Source: Candidatus Methylomirabilis sp. | Lineage (GTDB): Bacteria > Oederibacteriota > PGYV01 > DYJU01 | Assembly (NCBI GenBank): GCA_020722985.1 | Contig: DYJU01000002.1 | Coordinates: forward strand, 1 to 61,610 | Reading direction: 5' to 3' | Length of the DNA stretch: 61,610 bases | In this document: piece after piece, positions 53,685 through 61,610 of the stretch | How the letters are laid out: each line of letters starts with the position of its first letter | Position numbering within the stretch: the first letter of the stretch is position 1 | Translations under genes and position numbers: made by a program | The notes under the pieces: model-generated | Databases searched by the model: none | What the model saw: only the letters and a program-made list of their open reading frames with translations | What the model was told of the DNA's origin: nothing

Positions 53685-56600
53685 TTATCTGGCTAAAATA
53701 AAATCTGGTTCAAGAACTCCAAAAGGAATATCCTTTTCTGGTCCGCCATTTATACTCCATTTTAAATTTAAATACGTTAAATTAACAGTAAAAATTTCAA
53801 TTTTATGTTTGCCTTTTTTAAATATAAAATCGTTTACTTTTCTTTTTCCTTGCAAATTTATTTTTTCCCGAATCGTTTGTTGTAAAGTTCCTGTCTCTAA
53901 ATAATCATTATCATCTATTACTATTCTTACATAACCATAATTTTTAACAATAAATCTGTATAAACCATCTTCTTTTATGTTTAATGTGCCTGATAATTTA
54001 AAAGAAGGCGTATCGCCTAAATTAATCTTTGCATAAAAAATTTCTCCCATTATTTCTTCGTTAATAACAGGAGGCTGATTTATAAATTCACTGCCATAAT
54101 AATACGCATGCAATCCCGTATTTTTAACTGAATAAAGATATTTTTCATTTAATTCTATCTTTTCAAAATTATAAGAATATCCACCCCTTCCTATTTTCAT
54201 GGCATATAACCCAATTTTAAAAAAATCACTTATATTTTTTCTTTGAGTAATAATTTTAATATTATGAAAACCTTTGGCAAGTTTATATTGTTCATTAAAT
54301 AATATTTTATTATTATCAATCCGTATATCAAAATCAACATTTCCTTCATTTTTAAAGAAAATTTTTGAATAATATGGTATTAGAATACAACCTTCCCATG
54401 TAACTTTATAAGGAATCTTTAATTTCTTATCTTCTTTAAATTCTGGTATTTCATTTTCTGTAATTTCTTTTGTCTTATCATTATATATGTAAGTTGCTTT
54501 TAAACCTCTTACCTTTTTTATATCTTCATTTTTAATAAGTGCAACATCAAAAAATTTTCCAAATGCTTCATGAGAATAAGAATCAAATGTCACCTCTTGT
54601 ATTAAATTACTCCAGTATTCCCTTGCATCCCATGTGTCATAATGAAAAAAAATAGCATAATTTTCATCATCAATTAAAGTTAAATTAACTATACTATCTG
54701 AAAAATCAGCAGATGCATTAACTTTATAATCCCATCTGAAAATTCTGAAAGGCGGATGTCCAGGGTAATAAAGTGAAGTATATAAATAAACTCTGTATGA
54801 TTTCCCCAGTTTTTCCGAATACATTCCTGCAGCAGTTGCGAGTTCATCCATACCACCTACCCATCTTTTAAAATACTGGTTATAATTATCTTTTAAAATA
54901 AAAAATAGTGGAATTGCAATTATTATAGGAAAAAGAATCTTTTCTAATTTAGAACCGAAAACACGTTTTATTGCCATCCATATTTTTTCAATAACAATTG
55001 CAATAAAGAAAATTACAGGAATCATTGTCCCAATTGCTCTCATTGCAGATGGGGCTTCTATAGAAAAAATAGATCCGGTTGCCTGAGAAAAAAATAGCAT
55101 AATAAGTATAAAAAACAAAAAATATCTACTATAATAAATAGCATAAATAAATCCAATACCAAAAAACATACTCGATACAAAATCAATGGTTGGTTCATAT
55201 GGTTGCCCGCCAGAATTTCTTGGTCTGTTATCACCTATATGATTAAACATTAAAAGAACATTTTTAGTATTTTCAACTATTCCTATTGCAGGATTGCTCT
55301 GTCTTTCCAGCCCAACCTGACCAAAAACAGATACCTCACCTATTCTTTTGAAATATATATTTTTTGATATAAAAAAATTGTGTATATGCTGGGATGAAAA
55401 AACCCAGAAACCTAAAATAAAAACTATAATACCTATCATATTCTTTTTTAAAAAATTACGTGTTGTTAATTCTTTTGCGGCAAAATAAACAGCAGGCATA
55501 ATAACAACAAGCCAGCCAGTTAATAATCCATACCAGCAAAGCCCGGTGGTTAACCCAGCCATAAAATAAGTAAGTTTATCTCTTTTTTGGATTGCCTTTA
55601 AAATAAAATAGATAGCGAATGTTTCAGCAACTATCATTAAAATTGTTCCATGTCCTGACCTGCTATAATGTAAATTCCACCTTAAAAATGTAAAAATCAA
55701 TGTCATAACAATTGCAATTCTCGCATTGAAAACACTTCTTATTGCAAAATACATAGCAGGAATTGTTATCATACCCATCATAACGCCCTGTGTCCTTAAA
55801 CCTATCCTGTTATACCCGAATAATTTATATGAAAGTTCTGAAACATAAGCATAAATAGGATGTTGACCTACCCAAAAATTTTTAACAACTGAAATCATCC
55901 CTGCAGATTCGTCATTTTCAAGTCCAAAAGGTCTTATATTAAGTTCTTTTACTCTTAAATAAAAACCTATTAACATTATCAAAGCAAGGAAAACCATTTC
56001 TAAGAAAACCGGGATTTTTTCTTCCTGTTCTTTTATAGAATAAACCGGAAACAGGATAATAAAAATTGCTGCTGCTATTAAATATTTAATAATAGCAGTT
56101 TCAACTTTATCCTGCGTAAAATCAATCTGCCCTTTGTATGCAATGTAAAGTGCAACACCTATCATCAATAATTTTAAAATATTTAAAAGGCGATTGTCAT
56201 AAAACTTTTCCTGAAAATTTATCCATGGTAAAGAAAAGAAAAAACTCGCAATTGCCAATCCATAAAAAACAAAACAATACATGTTTATATTTGAATCGTG
56301 CATTATAAAATTACCTATTTTAAGCATAATAAATGCAAATATTAAAAGTAAAATTTTAACCCAGAATTTATCTAAAAATTTATAATTAATAAAAAGTATA
56401 TCAGTTTCTGCTTCAGAATAAGCGCTTCCCATTTCATTTTCAGGTAAACCAAAATAGGCAAGTATAATGCCAATTGTTGTAAAAATTACACCGATATTTT
56501 GTATATTGTGTCTTGGGTTAATAAGCAATATCCAGCCGGTTATAATACATACAATCCCTATAAAAATAAAAAACAATTTTACCCCTTTTATGAGATTAAA

Positions 56601-57134
56601 AGAAAGATCAAGAACACTTTCTTTCATCAATAAAATTTTAAGAAAAATAAAAATATCAATCGCAAGTAAAACAAAACAATATAATAACTTCTGTTTAAAT
56701 AAAAAATATTGTGCTAAAAAAAACAAAACAAATCCGATCACTATCAGTATTCTTTTTGTCAACAAAATTTTTACAAGGAATTCTTCTTTTATTTCAGGTT
56801 TTTTTATTTCTATCTTTTTTTCCTTTTCTTCTTTTGTTTCTAAAACTTTTTCTTTTTTTAAAGTAACCCTTTCCTCTGGAACAATTATTCTTTTTGATAA
56901 TTCAGAAACACTTATACTACTAAAAATTTCTTTTATTTTTTTTATAAATAAAGCAATGAATTCCAATACCTTTATATGTGTTTCTGTAATAGCAAAAATT
57001 AGAATCAAAAAAGAAAATAAAGATAAAACACCGCCTGAAATGTAATTATTTTGTACTATTATCAAAGCCTGTCCTGCAATAAATAAAATTATTGCTACAA
57101 TAATAAAAATAAATTTAATAAAATCCTTTTTCAA
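53685..57134 (-). CDS. Large GT-C fold (ArnT/PMT, GT39/83-like) membrane glycosyltransferase with two C-terminal PA14-like domains.
   Basis: More than 15 predicted TM helices. There is a first-loop acidic motif FGLENDESAG followed by a PMT_2-like region. The C-terminus has GLKATYIYNDK... and GLHAYYYGSEF...FKLSGTLNIKEDGLYRFIVKNYGYVRIVIDD, which follow the PA14 pattern. Confidence 0.65.
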   Translation of the reverse strand: MKKDFIKFIFIIVAIILFIAGQALIIVQNNYISGGVLSLFSFLILIFAITETHIKVLEFIALFIKKIKEIFSSISVSELSKRIIVPEERVTLKKEKVLETKEEKEKKIEIKKPEIKEEFLVKILLTKRILIVIGFVLFFLAQYFLFKQKLLYCFVLLAIDIFIFLKILLMKESVLDLSFNLIKGVKLFFIFIGIVCIITGWILLINPRHNIQNIGVIFTTIGIILAYFGLPENEMGSAYSEAETDILFINYKFLDKFWVKILLLIFAFIMLKIGNFIMHDSNINMYCFVFYGLAIASFFFSLPWINFQEKFYDNRLLNILKLLMIGVALYIAYKGQIDFTQDKVETAIIKYLIAAAIFIILFPVYSIKEQEEKIPVFLEMVFLALIMLIGFYLRVKELNIRPFGLENDESAGMISVVKNFWVGQHPIYAYVSELSYKLFGYNRIGLRTQGVMMGMITIPAMYFAIRSVFNARIAIVMTLIFTFLRWNLHYSRSGHGTILMIVAETFAIYFILKAIQKRDKLTYFMAGLTTGLCWYGLLTGWLVVIMPAVYFAAKELTTRNFLKKNMIGIIVFILGFWVFSSQHIHNFFISKNIYFKRIGEVSVFGQVGLERQSNPAIGIVENTKNVLLMFNHIGDNRPRNSGGQPYEPTIDFVSSMFFGIGFIYAIYYSRYFLFFILIMLFFSQATGSIFSIEAPSAMRAIGTMIPVIFFIAIVIEKIWMAIKRVFGSKLEKILFPIIIAIPLFFILKDNYNQYFKRWVGGMDELATAAGMYSEKLGKSYRVYLYTSLYYPGHPPFRIFRWDYKVNASADFSDSIVNLTLIDDENYAIFFHYDTWDAREYWSNLIQEVTFDSYSHEAFGKFFDVALIKNEDIKKVRGLKATYIYNDKTKEITENEIPEFKEDKKLKIPYKVTWEGCILIPYYSKIFFKNEGNVDFDIRIDNNKILFNEQYKLAKGFHNIKIITQRKNISDFFKIGLYAMKIGRGGYSYNFEKIELNEKYLYSVKNTGLHAYYYGSEFINQPPVINEEIMGEIFYAKINLGDTPSFKLSGTLNIKEDGLYRFIVKNYGYVRIVIDDNDYLETGTLQQTIREKINLQGKRKVNDFIFKKGKHKIEIFTVNLTYLNLKWSINGGPEKDIPFGVLEPDFILAR

Positions 57135-57166
57135 AAAGGCCTCCAGATTTTATTATTAAAAATTTA

Positions 57167-58117
57167 TCAATATTTAATGGGTTCAAAAATTGCGACGGAA
57201 TATGAACCAACATATATATAATTATCAAGTCCTCCGGAAAAAGCACCCGGAACACCTATCTTATATTTAAAATCTATATCTGTATCAAATTTCCCGAGTA
57301 ATTTCCCTTTTGGGGAAAATACAACTATTTTTGTTTCATTCATATCATTTATATAAATATTACCATCATGAGTTATTGCAAGGCATTCTAAACCAACTAA
57401 TTTTTTAATTTTTAATTCAAATTGACGTAAAAACTTGCCATCTTTAGAAAAAACTTTTACATAATATGGCTTTGTAATATCTAAAAGATATAAATTATCA
57501 TCTTTATCTATAAAAATTCTTCCCGCTTTTCTTATTTTATCCCTGCCCCCAAATTCTGAAATTTTTTCTCCATTTAAATTATATTTATATATTCTGGGTG
57601 ATGCATTATCACTTAAATAAATATTATCTTCGCTATCTATTACCATACCAACAGGATCCTTTACTTCTTTTATTAAAATTTTTCCTGTTAATTTATTTCC
57701 TGTATATTTTAACAATTCGTTCGAATCATATAATAAAATTATTGTATCTCCTGCACTTGTCTCTGCAACCCATTTAGGATTCTTTTCTACAGGATACGCA
57801 TCAATAACTGCGCCATTCATTTTATCGTATTTAGTTACCATATTAGAACTATTATCTATAACATATAAATGATCGCGCCATACAGGCATACCTATCTGTC
57901 CTTTGTACTGTGGACGCCATTCTCCAACAAAAACAGGTTTTTTACTCATAGAAATCTGTCTTTTTACAACAACAAAAATTTCAGCCACTAAAAATAAAAT
58001 TACCATTGCGGACAAAAGAATAATAAGTAAAGCATTTTTGTTTTTGGATGCAACAGATGTTTTTTTCTCAACTTTAGGTTTTGTCCTCATTGTTTTTTTT
58101 GTCTTTTTACTTTTCAT
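57167..58117 (-). CDS. Membrane-anchored NHL-repeat beta-propeller protein.
   Basis: An N-terminal TM helix, then repeated D(x)DNIYLSD / DDNLYLLD / DGNIYIND blades. Confidence 0.7.
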   Translation of the reverse strand: MKSKKTKKTMRTKPKVEKKTSVASKNKNALLIILLSAMVILFLVAEIFVVVKRQISMSKKPVFVGEWRPQYKGQIGMPVWRDHLYVIDNSSNMVTKYDKMNGAVIDAYPVEKNPKWVAETSAGDTIILLYDSNELLKYTGNKLTGKILIKEVKDPVGMVIDSEDNIYLSDNASPRIYKYNLNGEKISEFGGRDKIRKAGRIFIDKDDNLYLLDITKPYYVKVFSKDGKFLRQFELKIKKLVGLECLAITHDGNIYINDMNETKIVVFSPKGKLLGKFDTDIDFKYKIGVPGAFSGGLDNYIYVGSYSVAIFEPIKY

Positions 58118-58181
58118 TTTTCCTCCTTTATAAATTTTTATTATTTTATAAAATTTTTATTAAAAAGTAAAGAAACACTTG

Positions 58182-59159
58182 CTATAACTTACAAATCATA
58201 TTTTTATAGTATTCTATTGTTTCTTTTAGTCCTTCTCTTATAGTCCATTGTGCTTTAAATTCTATTTTTCTTCTTGCAAGGGAAGTATCTGCTTTTCTTC
58301 TTTTATATCCTTCCGGGACATTTGTATTAAAAACAATCTTTATATCCTTACCTGAAAGTTCTATTATCATATTTACTAAATCTTTTATCTTAATTTCTTC
58401 ATCACTACCTAAATTAATAGGATCTGCGATAGCATATTTTTCCATAGCAAGCATCATACCCCTTACTACATCTTTTACATAAAGAAAAGTCCGTGTTTGT
58501 TCCCCTGTGCCCCATACCTGTATTTTCCCATCTTTTGAATTAAAAACTTTATTTATAATTGCTGCTATGACATGGGCATTTTCTAAATCAAATTTATCTC
58601 TTGGTCCATAAGCATTATAAGGCCTGACAATAGCAACATTTATTCCATACTGGTTATAAAGTAATTTTCCTGTAATTTCCGTAATTCTTTTTGCCCATCC
58701 ATATCCTATATTTGTTTTTTCAGGTTCTCCTTTAAACCCATCCTGTTCTTTTGTGGGTATATCAGCATCTGCAGGATAAACACAGGCAGAACTCGTTAAT
58801 AAAACATTTTTTATTTTATTTTTTACAATTGCTTTTGCAATATTAGAAGTCATTATAACATTATGAAGAAAAATATCAGCAGTATATTTTATATTATAAT
58901 TTATCCCGCCAACTTTTGCCGCAAGATGCATAACTATATCAAATTTTTTTATTTTATTAATACATTCATTTAAATTTAAAAAATTTATTTTTAAAAATCT
59001 TATTTTATTTTTATACTTACTTTCTTTTATATGCCCTGCTTTTAAATCTCCTGAAAATACTTTTGCTTTATGTTCTATAAGTTCATCACAAAGATGAGAA
59101 CCAATAAAACCACCTCCACCTGTGACTAAAACTTTTTTTCCTTTCCAGAAATCTAACAT
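58182..59159 (-). CDS. GDP-L-fucose synthase / GDP-L-colitose synthase (ColC)-like SDR 3,5-epimerase-4-reductase.
   Basis: VLVTGGGGFIGSHL, LAAKVGGINYNIKYTADIF, SSACVYP, YGWAK, YGPRDKF...AHVIAAII and VWGTGEQTRTFLYVKD parallel the GFS/WcaG signatures. Confidence 0.7.
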   Translation of the reverse strand: MLDFWKGKKVLVTGGGGFIGSHLCDELIEHKAKVFSGDLKAGHIKESKYKNKIRFLKINFLNLNECINKIKKFDIVMHLAAKVGGINYNIKYTADIFLHNVIMTSNIAKAIVKNKIKNVLLTSSACVYPADADIPTKEQDGFKGEPEKTNIGYGWAKRITEITGKLLYNQYGINVAIVRPYNAYGPRDKFDLENAHVIAAIINKVFNSKDGKIQVWGTGEQTRTFLYVKDVVRGMMLAMEKYAIADPINLGSDEEIKIKDLVNMIIELSGKDIKIVFNTNVPEGYKRRKADTSLARRKIEFKAQWTIREGLKETIEYYKNMICKL

Positions 59160-59170
59160 ATCTTTTCTCC

Positions 59171-60361
59171 TTAACTTAAAATCTTACTAAAAACATTTCC
59201 GATATGATCAATATCTGTTTGGGTTAAATACTGATGACAGCCAATATAAAAACCATTTTTCCCAATATATTCAGCAACTGGTAATTTCCCCAGATATTTA
59301 TCTTTTAAAAATGAAAATGCTGGCTGCTGAGTTGGAATACAACCAAAAAGCGGCCTGGATTCTATTCCATATTTTGCAAGTTCTTTTCTCATTTTTAATC
59401 TGGAAATTTTTGATAAATCTTTTATTACTAAAGGATATGCAAGATAACTGATATCTTCGCTGTAATATGGCAATTGTAAAATGTTTTCAAATTTTCTTAA
59501 CTTTTCATTCAACTTTTTTACATTTTCCTGTCTTTTTCTTATTATATCATCCATTTTTGATATTTGCAAAAGTCCTAAAGATGCCTGGAATTCCATAGTT
59601 TTAAAATTATATCCTATCAAATTATGTGTAAAACGAGGATCTAAATCCTCGTCTTTTGGTTCTTTAGGACATTTATTCTGGTTCCTTGTGCATTCTGCAC
59701 AATCGCATAACCTGCCATTTGCTTTTATCTGACGGACAAGGGCTGTTAAATCTTTATCATCTGTTACAATTGCTCCCATTTCTCCTGCCTGAATGTTATG
59801 AGCAATATAAAAAGAATAATCAGCCATAATTGAAAAAGTCCCTGCATTTTTCCCATTTATTTTTGTATTATGCGCCTGAGCAGCATCTTCAAAAATAAGT
59901 AAATTATATTTTTGTGCAATTTTTTGAATCTCAACCATATCGCAGGGAAAACCCATAAGATGAACAGGAAGAATTAAAGAATATTCATCTTTCTTTGAAT
60001 TTTTTAATAAATTTTCTATATTGGTAGGGGTTATACAAAATGTTTTACTATCTATATCAACATAAACTGGTTCTAATCCAGTGAGCATAATCGCGTTTGA
60101 AGTTGCAATATAGGTAACCGGGGTTGTAATTACTTTACTTCCTTTTTTTATTTTACCTGAATAAATTAAACTCAAAAGACCTGCTATCAATGCCGATGTT
60201 CCAGAAGATAATGCCACACAATATTTTGTCCCAACTTTTCTTGCAAATTCAATTTCAAATTTTTTAACATATTTACCCTCTGAAATTTTGCCACTATCTA
60301 AAACTTCATTTATTACTTTTTTTTCCTCTTCTCCAATCCTGAAATCTCCAACAGTTATCAC
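59171..60361 (-). CDS. DegT-family PLP/PMP-dependent sugar 3-dehydratase (ColD/E1-like). His188 replaces the Schiff-base lysine.
   Basis: SFYIAHNIQAGEMG aligns to SF(x)xxK(x)4GEGG of sugar aminotransferases with His at the Lys position, as in ColD SFYSHHIATMEGG. The gene lies downstream of gmd. Confidence 0.7.
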   Translation of the reverse strand: MITVGDFRIGEEEKKVINEVLDSGKISEGKYVKKFEIEFARKVGTKYCVALSSGTSALIAGLLSLIYSGKIKKGSKVITTPVTYIATSNAIMLTGLEPVYVDIDSKTFCITPTNIENLLKNSKKDEYSLILPVHLMGFPCDMVEIQKIAQKYNLLIFEDAAQAHNTKINGKNAGTFSIMADYSFYIAHNIQAGEMGAIVTDDKDLTALVRQIKANGRLCDCAECTRNQNKCPKEPKDEDLDPRFTHNLIGYNFKTMEFQASLGLLQISKMDDIIRKRQENVKKLNEKLRKFENILQLPYYSEDISYLAYPLVIKDLSKISRLKMRKELAKYGIESRPLFGCIPTQQPAFSFLKDKYLGKLPVAEYIGKNGFYIGCHQYLTQTDIDHIGNVFSKILS

Positions 60362-60385
60362 TTACTTTTGCTCCTTTTATATTAT

Positions 60386-61363
60386 TTAATCTTTTGTTTT
60401 ACCTGATAATAATTTAAGATCTGCATCAACCATCATTTTTACAAGATCTTTAAATTTAACTTCTGGTCTCCATTTAAGTTTGGTTTTAATTTTTGTTGCA
60501 TCACCCACCAACCTGTCAACTTCCGCTGGTCGTAAAAGATTTTTATCTATTTTTACATATTTTTTATAATCAAGTCCAACATAGTTAAAAGCAATTTCTA
60601 AAAATTCTTTTACACTATGCGTTTCTTCTGTTGCAACGACATAATTTTCCGGTTTATCCTGTTGCAACATAAGCCACATAGCTTTTACATAGTCACCTGC
60701 AAATCCCCAGTCCCTTTTTGCATCTAAATTTCCCATTTTTAATTCTTTTGCAAAACCGAGTTTTATTTTTGCAACATTATAAGAAATCTTTCTACTTACA
60801 AATTCTAAACCACGTCTTGGCGATTCATGATTAAAACAGATACCAGAAACAGCAAACATATTAAAACTTTCTCTATAATTAACTGTGATCCAATGTCCTG
60901 TTACTTTTGCAATACCATAAGGACTTCTTGGATAAAAAGGGGTATTTTCATTCTGCGGAGATTCTCTGACTTTGCCAAACATTTCACTGCTTGATGCCTG
61001 ATAAAATTTTATCCTTTTATCAATTAATCGTATTGATTCTAAAACATTAATAACTCCTACTCCGCCTATATCAACTGTTAATACTGGTTCTTTCCAGGAA
61101 GTAGGAACATAAGACATAGCAGCAAGATTATATACTTCATCTGGTTTAACTGTTTTTATTGCTTTAAAAACTGATGAAAAATCTAAAAGGTCAGCATCTA
61201 AAAGTTCAATTTTATCAATTATATTCTTTATTCTTTCTGTATTTGGTGTGCTTCCACGTCTTACTGTCCCATAAATTTTATAATCTTTTTCAAGTAAGAA
61301 TTCAGAAAGATAAGATCCATCCTGACCAGTAATTCCTGTTATTAATACTTTTTTCTTTTTCAT
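60386..61363 (-). CDS. gmd: GDP-mannose 4,6-dehydratase.
   Basis: VLITGITGQDGSYLSEFLLEKDY.IYG..RR, SSSEMFG, SPYGIAK and FNHESPRRG. Confidence 0.93.
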   Translation of the reverse strand: MKKKKVLITGITGQDGSYLSEFLLEKDYKIYGTVRRGSTPNTERIKNIIDKIELLDADLLDFSSVFKAIKTVKPDEVYNLAAMSYVPTSWKEPVLTVDIGGVGVINVLESIRLIDKRIKFYQASSSEMFGKVRESPQNENTPFYPRSPYGIAKVTGHWITVNYRESFNMFAVSGICFNHESPRRGLEFVSRKISYNVAKIKLGFAKELKMGNLDAKRDWGFAGDYVKAMWLMLQQDKPENYVVATEETHSVKEFLEIAFNYVGLDYKKYVKIDKNLLRPAEVDRLVGDATKIKTKLKWRPEVKFKDLVKMMVDADLKLLSGKTKD

Positions 61364-61610
61364 ATTTTTCTCCTAAAATTTTAATTGATATAATTATACT
61401 ATAAAAAAAATATATTATAAACAGAAAATTGGCAAAAGTTAGGAATAATGATAAACAAACAGGTGGAGAATCTAAAAAAATTTATAGTTCAGCGAATGAT
61501 AGAATAAAAGTAATAGTTTAGCCACTGGCAGGTCAAAATTAGCCCAGATATAAATCTTTTGCTTTGTTATTTTAAAGTCAGGCGAACGAGTCTCTTTATC
61601 TTCTATTACA

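Noticed and set aside
61472-61609. Open minus-strand frame running off the right edge (...IYIWANFDLPVAKLLLLFYHSLNYKFF*).
   Set aside because: Only 45 codons are visible and there is no recognisable motif, so it cannot be evaluated within this window.

Overview
This is an AT-rich bacterial chromosomal window. I cannot assign taxonomy from sequence alone, and I saw no integrase, transposase, CRISPR array or rRNA.

Core region (about 7.4-48.5 kb, all on the minus strand):
- NUDIX-STAS-GGDEF genes, ruvC-ruvA-ruvB, alr and dnaB.
- The rpsF-ssb-rpsR-(membrane protein)-rplI block, then fba.
- An uninterrupted ~32 kb translation/transcription super-cluster: tRNA-Thr, tuf, rpmG, tRNA-Trp, secE, nusG, rplKAJL, rpoBC, rpsLG, fusA, tuf, then the S10, spc and alpha operons.

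Left accessory region (1-3.3 kb): a restriction-modification-like island.
- Its methyltransferase part is visibly broken: an in-frame TAA, a frame junction, a 1-nt frameshift, and no catalytic PPY motif anywhere.
- The downstream putative restriction endonuclease ORF is intact.
- A 600-bp non-coding stretch and a secreted SASA-type esterase follow.

Right accessory region (48.9-61.4 kb): a cell-envelope glycan cluster.
- gmd, a ColD/E1-like 3-dehydratase with His in place of the Schiff-base Lys plus a CxCx2Cx6C insert, and a GDP-fucose/colitose-synthase-like SDR. Together these predict a 3,6-dideoxyhexose (colitose-like) pathway.
- An NHL propeller protein, a 1149-aa GT-C (ArnT/PMT-like) glycosyltransferase with PA14-like C-terminal domains, and a SAM methyltransferase.
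- Two secreted/outer-membrane proteins with Pro/Thr linkers: one with a FlgD-Ig/T9SS-CTD-like tail, the other a PorV-like barrel fused to FN3. A divergent GT4 gene sits next to them.

Most unusual signals:
- The two tuf copies are nucleotide-identical over ~1.24 kb.
- They use almost only purine-ending codons, unlike every neighbouring gene. This leaves two antisense frames open for more than 700 nt.
- They encode an EF-Tu whose switch-I/G2 region lacks the canonical RGITI and carries a 5-residue insertion.
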